DNA of 64,000 bases, taken from an uncultured Verrucomicrobiales bacterium (lineage in GTDB: Bacteria; Verrucomicrobiota; Verrucomicrobiia; Verrucomicrobiales; DEV007). The DNA lies in the NCBI GenBank assembly GCA_943789025.1, contig CALSSN010000008.1:138756-202755 (forward strand), given 5' to 3'. Both the position numbers and the translations under genes were made by a program. Below, piece by piece: positions 18,037 to 26,190 of the stretch. Position 1 is the first letter of the stretch. The number at the start of each line of letters is the position of its first letter. The notes beneath the pieces were generated by a model. That model saw only the letters and a list, made by a program, of their open reading frames with translations, made no database searches and was not told where the DNA came from.

Positions 18037-18113
18037 TGAGCGAGGATTTTGATAGGATGCTCTCCCATAACGTTGAGCACTTTAGAAAAATAATGTCAAT
18101 AAAAATTAGAGTT

Positions 18114-19415
18114 TCATAAGGGTATTTTTTCATGCGCGATCAGATCTTCCAATGTTTGCCGTTCTCGGATGACATGTAATTTTTCGCCATCCACAAGAAC
18201 CTCGGCAGGCAGCGGGCGGGAGTTGTAGTTGCTTGCCATGACGAAGCCATAGGCGCCTGAGCTGAGCAGGGCGATAAAATCTCCCTCTGCCAGTGCAGGC
18301 ATCGGCCGATCCTGGCAGAAAAAGTCCCCGGTCTCGCAGATTGGCCCGACGATATCGACTGCTTCGGTGGCAGCCTCGTCGGCTGGCTTTCGCAGGGGAA
18401 TGATGTCGTGATACCCCTGGTAGAGGGCGGGCCGGATGAGGTCGTTCATCCCGGCGTCGACGACTTTGAAGGTCTTGGCCTGGCCCCGTTTTTCGAACAG
18501 CACTTTGGTAATGAGAAGGCCAGCATTGCCCACCATGTAGCGTCCGGGTTCGACGATGATTTTCAGTCCAAGCTCACGCAGGGCAGGGACGATGGCGCCT
18601 GCGTAAGCAGCAACCGTGAGTGGCGTAGCAAGTTCGTCTTTGTTTTCCCACCAGCTTGGATTTCCGCTATCGAGCGCCCCTTGGTAGATGATCCCGATGC
18701 CGCCTCCGACGCTGAAGAACTCGATCCCGTGATGTTTCTTCAGTTTTGCCGCGAGGGGAGCAACTTTGTTGACTGCCTCGATGAAGGGTCCGACGGAAGT
18801 CAGCTGCGAGCCGATGTGCATCTGGAGACCGACCAGTTTGACATGAGCGAGTTGCTGCGCAGCGGTGGCGTAGATTTCTTCGATGACGTCGAAATCGACG
18901 CCGAATTTGTTTTCACTTTTTCCGGTGGAAATATATTTGTGCGTTTTGGCGTCGACGTTCGGGTTCACCCGCAGGGCGACCGGCGCGATTTTCCCCTGTT
19001 TTTTGGCAATTTCGTTGATGTAGTGGAGTTCTGCTTCGGACTCGACGTTGAACGAGTAGATCCCCTGCTGCAGAGCGTAGGTGATTTCGTCTTCGGTTTT
19101 GCCGACGCCGGCGAAAGTGCACATTGCCGGATCGCCTCCGCCCGCGATGACCCGGAAGAGTTCCCCGCCCGAGACGATGTCGAAGCCGCTCCCTTGTTTG
19201 GCCAGAAGATTGAGAATCGCAAGGTTGGAGTTTGCTTTGACGGCATAGCAGACCATGTGATCGAGTTGAGCAAGAGCGCTATCGAGGCGCGAGAAGTGAT
19301 CGGTGACCGTGGCCTTACTGTAAACGTAAAGGGGCGTGCCGTGTTCTTCAGCCGCTGAAATGAGGTCGGTTTGTTCGCAGAAAAGTCTGTCGTTCTGGTA
19401 GTGAAACGAATGCAT
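18114..19415 (-). CDS. lysA: Diaminopimelate decarboxylase
   Basis: ORF 18114..19622. The conserved N-terminus MHSFHYQNDRLFCE...GTPLYVYS starts at ATG 19415. Motifs YAVKANSN, GGGIGI, CETGD. The longer extension would run through tRNA-Pro. Confidence 0.9.
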   Translation of the reverse strand: MHSFHYQNDRLFCEQTDLISAAEEHGTPLYVYSKATVTDHFSRLDSALAQLDHMVCYAVKANSNLAILNLLAKQGSGFDIVSGGELFRVIAGGGDPAMCTFAGVGKTEDEITYALQQGIYSFNVESEAELHYINEIAKKQGKIAPVALRVNPNVDAKTHKYISTGKSENKFGVDFDVIEEIYATAAQQLAHVKLVGLQMHIGSQLTSVGPFIEAVNKVAPLAAKLKKHHGIEFFSVGGGIGIIYQGALDSGNPSWWENKDELATPLTVAAYAGAIVPALRELGLKIIVEPGRYMVGNAGLLITKVLFEKRGQAKTFKVVDAGMNDLIRPALYQGYHDIIPLRKPADEAATEAVDIVGPICETGDFFCQDRPMPALAEGDFIALLSSGAYGFVMASNYNSRPLPAEVLVDGEKLHVIRERQTLEDLIAHEKIPL

Positions 19416-19584
19416 GGTCTTGCAGGTAAGTTCGAGTGGAAGTGGGCGAGGGATGCGAATTTTTTCAGTCACCGAGCAGAAATCCGGTGCCCGGAGGAGA
19501 GGGGGGCATGTGCAGGTCGAGCAGGAGCGAGGGAGTTGGCGGAGGCAGAGATAGAATGCGAGAGCACGGGAAAAGAGGACGGAT

Positions 19585-19661
19585 GGTCGGGCTAGCGGGA
19601 TTCGAACCCACGACCTCTTCACCCCCAGTGAAGCGCGCTACCAAGCTGCGCTATAGCCCGT
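19585..19661 (-). tRNA. tRNA-Pro (anticodon GGG)
   Basis: Reverse complement CGGGCTATAGCGCAGCTTGGTAGCGCGCTTCACTGGGGGTGAAGAGGTCGTGGGTTCGAATCCCGCTAGCCCGACCA. Canonical cloverleaf, anticodon loop CTGGGGG, encoded CCA. Confidence 0.9.
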
Positions 19662-19803
19662 CATTTTTGTGATCCGTTTCGGCCGGGATGTGACCCCGGC
19701 CACCGGATCGCGAGAGTATGTGCAGGGGCTGTGATTGCAAGGATAACTTGGAGATCAGCCTGCCCTTGCAGAAAAGCCTTGTCCGTCGCATCTTCCCCGA
19801 TCC

Positions 19804-20877
19804 ATGGCAAAACAAATGCATCCCCCCAGTGAAAAGCGGTCGATTCCAGTCGGAGTGGTCGGCGCGAGCGGGTATTCCGGGGCGGAGCTCGTCAGGTTGC
19901 TCATCCAGCACCCGTGGGTGGATTTACGCTGTGTGACTTCCCGTGGTCATGTTGGGGAGCCGCTTGCCGAAGTCTTCCCCAGACTCAGGGGCATCGGGGC
20001 TGCCGACGAGCTGGTCTTTTCCTCCCCGGATGTCTCTGCGATGGTTGCTTCAGGAATCGAGGCTGTCTTCCTCGCGTTACCGCACGGGTTGGCGGCTGAG
20101 TTTGCGCTTCCTTTTTTGGAAGCGGGCGTCCGAGTCATTGACCTGAGTGCAGATTTCAGGTTGGATGACGCCGCCCTTTATGAGGAATTTTACGGCGCAA
20201 GCCATCCCGCGCCACGGTTGCTCGAGGAAGCAGTTTACGGGTGCCCAGAGATCCATCGGGACGGGTTGGCGGGAGCTCGGATCATTGCTGCTCCGGGATG
20301 TTATCCAACGAGTATTCTCCTCCCGCTGGTGCCACTTCTTCGCGAGAGCTTGCTCGAGCTGGACTCGATTTGTACGTTCAGCATGAGCGGGGTCAGCGGA
20401 GCCGGAAAGAAGGGAAATATTCCATTCCTTTTTGCCGAATGTAATGAAAGTGTCCGCGCCTACAGCGTCCCACGCCACCGGCACTTGAGTGAGATCGAAC
20501 AGGAGCTCGGCAAGGCGGCAGGCGAAGCAGTGGTGATTTCTTTCACACCGCACCTGATTCCTGTAACCGCGGGCATTGTCACCACGACCTATGCGATGCC
20601 AAAACCGGGAGCTTGCGAGCGTGTGGGTCCGGTGCTGGAACAGGCGTACGAGAAAGCGCCCTTTGTCAGGCTTCTCGGTTCGGATTGCCCTCCGGACAGT
20701 AAGAATGTTGTCGGGACTAATTTTATTGATATTTCATGGTCGCAGGACCCGAGGACTGGGCGCCTTGTAGTTATGAGCGCGGAAGATAATCTCGGGAAGG
20801 GAGCAGCCAGTCAGGCAATTCAGGGTTTTAATATTGCCTTTGGCATTTCAGAAACTGAGGGGATATTGCGGGTCTGA
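19804..20877 (+). CDS. argC: N-acetyl-gamma-glutamyl-phosphate reductase
   Basis: 357 aa. VGVVGASGYSGAEL NAD-binding N-terminus and the PGCYPT active-site motif. Confidence 0.9.
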   Translation: MAKQMHPPSEKRSIPVGVVGASGYSGAELVRLLIQHPWVDLRCVTSRGHVGEPLAEVFPRLRGIGAADELVFSSPDVSAMVASGIEAVFLALPHGLAAEFALPFLEAGVRVIDLSADFRLDDAALYEEFYGASHPAPRLLEEAVYGCPEIHRDGLAGARIIAAPGCYPTSILLPLVPLLRESLLELDSICTFSMSGVSGAGKKGNIPFLFAECNESVRAYSVPRHRHLSEIEQELGKAAGEAVVISFTPHLIPVTAGIVTTTYAMPKPGACERVGPVLEQAYEKAPFVRLLGSDCPPDSKNVVGTNFIDISWSQDPRTGRLVVMSAEDNLGKGAASQAIQGFNIAFGISETEGILRV

Positions 20878-20910
20878 AGTTCCCGTGTGGAGCTCGATGA
20901 GAGTAAAAAA

Positions 20911-22167
20911 ATGGCGAAGACAAGTATCAGAAAAGTAGCGAACGGAGGCATCACGACTCCGAAGGGGTTTACCGCTGCCGCTTCCTCATGTGGGATAAAG
21001 CCAGGCGGTGCGGCGCGAAAAGATCTTTGCATGATCTATTCGAAGAAACCCTGCGTGACGGCGGGAACATTCACCAAGAACAGGATCAAGGCGGCTCCGG
21101 TTAAACTTTCCCAGATTCATCTCCAGCGGGGTAATCCTCAGCTCATCGTCGCCAACAGCGGGAATGCCAACTGCGCCACTGGAGAACGCGGTGTCTCCGA
21201 CGCCCACAGCATGGCGCAGCAAGCCGGGGAAGTGCTCGGAATCCAGACCAATGCGGTGCTGGTATGCTCCACAGGGATCATTGGTGTGCCCCTCCCGATG
21301 GAGCGGATTCTTCCCGAGTTTTCGAAGCTTGCCGGGAAGCTCTCCCGCTCGGGTGGGGCCGATGCGGCCGAGGCGATCATGACCAGTGACACGCACCAGA
21401 AAGCAGCAGCGGTCCGAGTCAGCGATACCAGAGGGAAGGCTTACACCATCGGCGCAATCGCCAAGGGAGCGGGAATGATCTGCCCCGATATGGCGACCAT
21501 GCTTTGCTTTGTGACGACCGACGTGATGATCGAGAAGAAAGTGCTCAGAGCAATCACTCGGGAGGCAGTGGACCTCTCTTTCAACAGGATCACAGTGGAT
21601 GGAGATATGAGCACCAACGACACCGTCCTGGTGCTCGCGAATGGAGCAAGCGGTGCCGTGATCGAGGAGGGCGTAGTGGGTGAGGAGGACGAGGCTCTTT
21701 TTAAGACGGCATTGGTGCGCCTGATGCAGACGCTCGCCAAGATGCTGGTGTGCGATGGCGAACGGGTGACGAAACTTGTAGAGATCAAAGTGACTGGAGC
21801 TGCGACCGAGCGGGACGCGCGTTGGGTGGCCGAGGCGGTTGCCAATTCTACGCTCTGTAAATGTTCATGGAACGGCGGTGATCCGAACTGGGGGAGAGTT
21901 ATCCACGCGATCGGATACGCCAATGCAAGACTCACCGAATCGCGAATCAGTATTTCTTTCGGCGGGATCCCTGCCTGCATTGACGGGGTCGACGCCCATA
22001 CTTCGATCTCTGAGCTTCAGGCAGTGGTGGCGCAGGCAGAGTTCACCGTGCAGATCGATCTCGGTCTTGGAGACGCCGCCTGCACGATGTGGACGAGTGA
22101 TCTTTCGCCGGAATATGTCAATTTCAACCGTGCGGAATACGCGCTTTCCCGGACTCGGAAAGGGTGA
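20911..22167 (+). CDS. argJ: Bifunctional glutamate N-acetyltransferase / amino-acid acetyltransferase ArgJ
   Basis: ORF 20887..22167, first ATG at 20911. Motifs GFTAAA, the autoprocessing-site region ATMLCFVTTD, and DGDMSTNDTV. Confidence 0.9.
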   Translation: MAKTSIRKVANGGITTPKGFTAAASSCGIKPGGAARKDLCMIYSKKPCVTAGTFTKNRIKAAPVKLSQIHLQRGNPQLIVANSGNANCATGERGVSDAHSMAQQAGEVLGIQTNAVLVCSTGIIGVPLPMERILPEFSKLAGKLSRSGGADAAEAIMTSDTHQKAAAVRVSDTRGKAYTIGAIAKGAGMICPDMATMLCFVTTDVMIEKKVLRAITREAVDLSFNRITVDGDMSTNDTVLVLANGASGAVIEEGVVGEEDEALFKTALVRLMQTLAKMLVCDGERVTKLVEIKVTGAATERDARWVAEAVANSTLCKCSWNGGDPNWGRVIHAIGYANARLTESRISISFGGIPACIDGVDAHTSISELQAVVAQAEFTVQIDLGLGDAACTMWTSDLSPEYVNFNRAEYALSRTRKG

Positions 22168-22169
22168 GC

Positions 22170-22664
22170 TCAGAGATCAGTCGGCCCGTCGCATGGGTCG
22201 TCCTGGTCGTCCTGGTCGTCCTGGTCGGGCGTTCGGCTCAGACGGGTCTTCCGGTGCAGGATAAAATCAAGCCCAACTCCGGCCGCGGTTCCGACAGCGT
22301 AGCGCACGAGATCGATGGCCAGAAACCCTTGGCCAAACACGAGCCGGCCGATCTGGTGGCCTCTGATTGAAACCAACCAGTTCCAGTCGAGTAACTGACT
22401 GAACTCGACAAGGAAGCTGATGGCAAGCGCGCCGAGAGCGATCCGGTACCAGCGGGCCGGAGGAAAAACAAAAGCAAGGGACAGATAGACGGCAAGTGTC
22501 CAGAGGGCATCTCCGGCGTTCTGGGTAAAGAATCTCGAGAGAGTCTCAGGGAAGGATCGCGAGGCAAGACCAACTGCGATGGTAATGACAAGGAGCACGA
22601 GAAGGACCGGTCGGCTGCGTCGCGGATGCTCTGCCGCGTAAGGTGAGAGGGGTGATGGATTCAT
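22170..22664 (-). CDS. Small polytopic membrane protein (DUF2809/VanZ-like, tentative)
   Basis: 164 aa, about 4 hydrophobic helices. The C-terminal tail TPDQDDQDDQDDP is encoded by a 9-bp tandem repeat. Family assignment is from memory and uncertain. Confidence 0.55.
   Translation of the reverse strand: MNPSPLSPYAAEHPRRSRPVLLVLLVITIAVGLASRSFPETLSRFFTQNAGDALWTLAVYLSLAFVFPPARWYRIALGALAISFLVEFSQLLDWNWLVSIRGHQIGRLVFGQGFLAIDLVRYAVGTAAGVGLDFILHRKTRLSRTPDQDDQDDQDDPCDGPTDL
22197..22227. repeat. 9-bp tandem repeat (GTCGTCCTG) x3 plus a partial unit
   Basis: Read directly. In-frame within the 3' end of the 22170..22664 gene (encodes the DDQ repeats). Confidence 0.85.
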
Positions 22665-23032
22665 GGTTGCAGGGTTGCAGGAGGCACGGGTTTGGTATCA
22701 GCCTAGAAGCGGAAATGGAAATCGCCAGATCTTTGGTTCGTATTCAGGAGGATCACTCGATGGGAAGGAAAGTTTTCTTCACTTTCGGGATGCGTGCGGA
22801 AACGTGAGGAAGGCCGCGTCTTGTCCTCATGAACCGAGCTCTGAGCTGGCGTGAAAATGGTCGCGTGAACACAAGTACAGATGGGCGGACAGATGCGAAG
22901 CCAAATTTTTGGATGGGCCTGTGGCCGTATGGTGTATGGCGCAAGAGGTTCCGAAACCTGTCCGCAGGCCCGGGACCTATCGTCGCAAGCTCCCAAGGAT
23001 GACAGGTAGCGACACCCCATTCTCGTTGTCAG

Positions 23033-23249
23033 GGAAGGTCTGATCGATTGCTCTACCCGCCACTTGTGGAATGGAATTGGATTGAAGGCAAGCATCGCTG
23101 CGCTCTGAGCTCGCTCAAGAAGCCCTTCGGGTTGCTGCCCGGTTCCAGCGTGGCTTTGTTGCTCGTTGGTCGTGGATGTTCATCCACTTCCGCCTCGCGC
23201 CGTGCCACACAGAATGTGGACAACAATGACGGGCACCGCGATGAATCAG
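23033..23249 (-). repeat. Copy B of the ~210-nt non-coding dispersed repeat (inverted relative to 16536-16756)
   Basis: Its reverse complement aligns with copy A (see that entry). It overlaps the possible start codons of the downstream LOG-family gene. Confidence 0.8.
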
Positions 23250-24452
23250 ACGCTCCTTCGTTTCATCCGAGCAGATCTTCCACGAGGCGATTCTTTGGAG
23301 GGACGGAGAAATTGTGCTTGGAGGACCGCGGGCCTGCATCCAACTTCCCCCGTGCGAAACCTGCGACTTTCGGGCCGAGTTGGCGGAAAAGATGACCCCC
23401 TCAGGGCGGTGCGTGCCGAATTGATGTGTCAGCTCTTTGAAGACGGCTGGAACATATACAACCACAATGGCGACCAGACGATCACCCTCGGGAACATCCA
23501 GGAAAAGATCCGCGAGTCGGATGCCTTCGTTTTCTCTCCCCAGCCATCTCTGGAGGACATCTTTTCGGCGGTGTCTGTCTTTGTCGGCTACCAGACCCTG
23601 GACCCCGACCTTGTCGGCAAGCCAACCTCGCTGCTCAATACCCACGGTTCATGGGACCGATTCATTCATCTGGTCGAAAACCTACACGAGATGGGGACGG
23701 TTCGGCAGGTGGTGCGCGATTATTTCCAGCTTGCCAAGACGCCCGAGGAGGTGGTCGCTTTGATTGATCCGGATGTCTGTTGGTTGGCGCCTGACCATGG
23801 GAATCAGATTCACGGCGGCACCCCGGGGGGGCAAATCCCGGAGGTGAATGAGCCGAGACCTGATGACCAGCGCTACGATGTTTGTGTTTTCTGTTCTGCC
23901 AGCGTCAAAGATGAAGGGCTTCTGGATGATGGCTACCAGTTCGGGCGTGAGCTGGCTCTGAGCAAAGTCGGGTGCATCTCAGGTGCTGGAAGAACGGGCA
24001 TCATGGGGTCGGTGGTCCGGGGAGCAGCAGAGTCGGGCGGGTGGACAGCGGGATCCAATGTCCCGCATATTATCCAAATCGAAGGTCTGCCTGACGGCTT
24101 GAGTGCCTTCTGGCCACGACCGGATATTTATACCCGTATGGAAGTGATGATCGAGGAGTCCGATGCTTTTGTCATCATGCCCGGTGGATGCGGGACGGTG
24201 CAGGAACTGCTCGCGCTGCTGCTGAGAAAAGGGCGCAAACACGACACCACGAAAGCGAAGCCGATCGTGGTGTTTGATCGAGAAATGAACGAAGGCCGGC
24301 GGTTCTGGAGTCCGCTTCTGGATTTGATTCGTAGCATCGATCCGGAAATGAAAGTTCAGGTGGCGAACACCAGAGAGGAAATTCTCCCCCTCATCGAGGC
24401 TGAGCAGGCAGCCGGGCTGCGAGGTGAGGAGCCGACTCGGACGGCGTCTTGA
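23241..24452 (+). CDS. Tandem LOG-family (TIGR00730 / lysine-decarboxylase-like) protein: degenerate N-terminal domain plus canonical C-terminal domain
   Basis: ORF 23166..24452. The C-terminal half has VCVFCSAS, SGAGRTGIMG and PGGCGTVQEL motifs. The N-terminal half has the same architecture with degraded motifs (NHNGDQ, SPQPSLEDIF). Start ambiguous (GTG 23166, ATG 23214/23226/23241). Confidence 0.7.
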   Translation: MNQTLLRFIRADLPRGDSLEGRRNCAWRTAGLHPTSPVRNLRLSGRVGGKDDPLRAVRAELMCQLFEDGWNIYNHNGDQTITLGNIQEKIRESDAFVFSPQPSLEDIFSAVSVFVGYQTLDPDLVGKPTSLLNTHGSWDRFIHLVENLHEMGTVRQVVRDYFQLAKTPEEVVALIDPDVCWLAPDHGNQIHGGTPGGQIPEVNEPRPDDQRYDVCVFCSASVKDEGLLDDGYQFGRELALSKVGCISGAGRTGIMGSVVRGAAESGGWTAGSNVPHIIQIEGLPDGLSAFWPRPDIYTRMEVMIEESDAFVIMPGGCGTVQELLALLLRKGRKHDTTKAKPIVVFDREMNEGRRFWSPLLDLIRSIDPEMKVQVANTREEILPLIEAEQAAGLRGEEPTRTAS

Positions 24453-24501
24453 AAAGCCGCCCTCTTGCGCAGGGAAAGTTGCAGGGTTAGAGAAACTGAC
24501 G

Positions 24502-25215
24502 ATGAACTGGTTGATTCGCGAACTGCCCGAAGATGATCGCCCGCGCGAGAAACTGCAGAAGCGGGGTCCCCAGGCGTTGACCGATGCCGAGCTGTTGGCG
24601 ATTTTTCTGCGGGTCGGAAGGAAAGGTGTCAGTGCTGTTCAGCTGGCAGGAGATCTTCTCAAGGAGTTTCATTCCTTGAACGGGATTGCCGCGGCTGAGG
24701 TGGAACAACTGGTTCAGATCCCGGGGATCGGTCCGGCCAAGGCGGCGGAGATCGCAGCGACGGCAGAGATGGCCAGTCGACTCGCTGCGGAGCAGTTTCG
24801 TGAGCTGCGAGTGGATTGCCCCGAAGTCGTCTATGGATTATTAGGAGCCGAGATGGGAAAACTCCGGCGCGAGTCGTTGCGGGCTTTGCTGCTCAACACG
24901 CGTCACGGGCTGATCCGAGTGGAGGAAATTTCGCTGGGCAGTCTCAACGAAAGCTGCGCCCACCCGAGGGAAATTTTACGGCCGGCAGTTCTGCACTCGG
25001 CTTATGCGTTTATTTTAGTGCACAACCACCCTTCCGGTGATCCGATGCCGAGCGCGCAGGACAGGCAGCTCACTCGACAGTTGGCGGAGGCGGCTGGGCA
25101 CCTCCAGATTGCGTTTCTCGACCACATAATCATCGGCAGAAAAAGCGAGAAGACACCTGCCTACTTTTCTTTCTGCGAGGCAGGAATTTTCCCGACGAAG
25201 GCATCTTCTTCTTGA
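24502..25215 (+). CDS. radC: RadC-family JAB/MPN domain protein
   Basis: ORF 24424..25215, with the conserved start MNWLIRELPEDDRPREKL at ATG 24502. HhH segment and the JAMM-like motif HNHPSGDPMPSAQD. Confidence 0.85.
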   Translation: MNWLIRELPEDDRPREKLQKRGPQALTDAELLAIFLRVGRKGVSAVQLAGDLLKEFHSLNGIAAAEVEQLVQIPGIGPAKAAEIAATAEMASRLAAEQFRELRVDCPEVVYGLLGAEMGKLRRESLRALLLNTRHGLIRVEEISLGSLNESCAHPREILRPAVLHSAYAFILVHNHPSGDPMPSAQDRQLTRQLAEAAGHLQIAFLDHIIIGRKSEKTPAYFSFCEAGIFPTKASSS

Positions 25216-25255
25216 GGATGGAAATGTCCGCTCTCTGTTCTATTCTTCAGCAAGA

Positions 25256-26035
25256 GTGATGATTCATCCCACTGCACTTATCAACCCAGGGGCCGAGATC
25301 GCTGCCGATGTCAGCATCGGAGCGTTTGCCATCATCGAGGACAAGGTGCAGATCAGCGAGGGGTGCCGCATCGATCCGCACACTCAGATTCTCTCGGGCA
25401 CGAGACTGGGTTCCGCGACTTCAGTCGGGCGTGCGGCGGTGCTCGGTGGTGATCCGCAGGACCTCTCCTTTGATCCCGCCACGGAAAGTTTCCTGGAAGT
25501 GGGAAAGAATAACACCATCCGGGAACATGTGACCCTCCATCGTTCTGCGTCGCCGGGGGGTGCCACGCGGGTGGGTGATGATAATTTTTTGATGGTGGGA
25601 GCTCATATGGGGCATGACGCCATTCTTGGAGATCACTGTGTGGTCGCTAATAATTGTCTTCTCGCAGGACATGTCGTGGTGGGTGATCACTGCTTCCTCG
25701 GGGGAGGGTCGGTTTACCACCAGTTCCTGCGCATTGGCGACCATGTCATGGCACAAGGGAACGGCGCCTTCAGCAAGGACATTCCGCCCTTCACCATGGC
25801 CGCTCTTTACAACCAACTGGTCGGTCTCAACAGCGTGGGCTTGAGGAGGGCAGGTGTCCCCGCGAGCGAACGAAAAGAACTGCGCGGGCTTTTTACGGAG
25901 TTTTTTCGGGGCGGGAACCGGCTCGAGGAAGTACTGGCAAGAGCGGCTGCCAGGAAATGGGGTGCTTGCGCTGAGAGGATGATTGATTTTATGTCCGAGG
26001 CTTCAATCAAAGGAGTCTGCACTGCAACAAAATGA
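25256..26035 (+). CDS. lpxA: Acyl-ACP--UDP-N-acetylglucosamine O-acyltransferase
   Basis: 259 aa. IHPTALI start, hexapeptide repeats throughout, typical LpxA length. Confidence 0.9.
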   Translation: MMIHPTALINPGAEIAADVSIGAFAIIEDKVQISEGCRIDPHTQILSGTRLGSATSVGRAAVLGGDPQDLSFDPATESFLEVGKNNTIREHVTLHRSASPGGATRVGDDNFLMVGAHMGHDAILGDHCVVANNCLLAGHVVVGDHCFLGGGSVYHQFLRIGDHVMAQGNGAFSKDIPPFTMAALYNQLVGLNSVGLRRAGVPASERKELRGLFTEFFRGGNRLEEVLARAAARKWGACAERMIDFMSEASIKGVCTATK

Positions 26036-26190
26036 TTTTTTATCAGCAAGAGAAAAGAAAGGGTGGTGCCTTTGAGCGAATCCGCTTTACTGCCAGCAAG
26101 CTCTGCTCTTAACTACAGAATTCAAAGACCGACAGAAAAAACTGCAGGCGTAGACCATCGCCTGTTTTTAAAGTGGTCGATATTCCAGTC

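Noticed and set aside
19416-19622. N-terminal 69-aa extension of the lysA ORF
   Set aside because: It runs through tRNA-Pro, and the conserved LysA N-terminus begins at the internal ATG 19415. For the same reason, the 126-aa extension of the TPR ORF (41156..41533), which overlaps exbD, was trimmed.
17200-19700. Integrase, prophage or genomic island at tRNA-Gly or tRNA-Pro
   Set aside because: No integrase, excisionase or phage-like ORF is present, and I could not spot direct repeats of the tRNA 3' ends. Only the small AP2 islet is reported, as a possible remnant.
22665-23032. ~370-nt gene-free gap, inspected for RNase P RNA, tmRNA, SRP RNA or a riboswitch
   Set aside because: I could not find any hallmark motif on either strand: no GAGGAAAGUCC-type P4 for RNase P, no tRNA-like acceptor/T-arm end plus tag ORF for tmRNA, and no SRP domain IV GGAA/AGCA loops. 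Left unannotated; an Infernal scan would be decisive.
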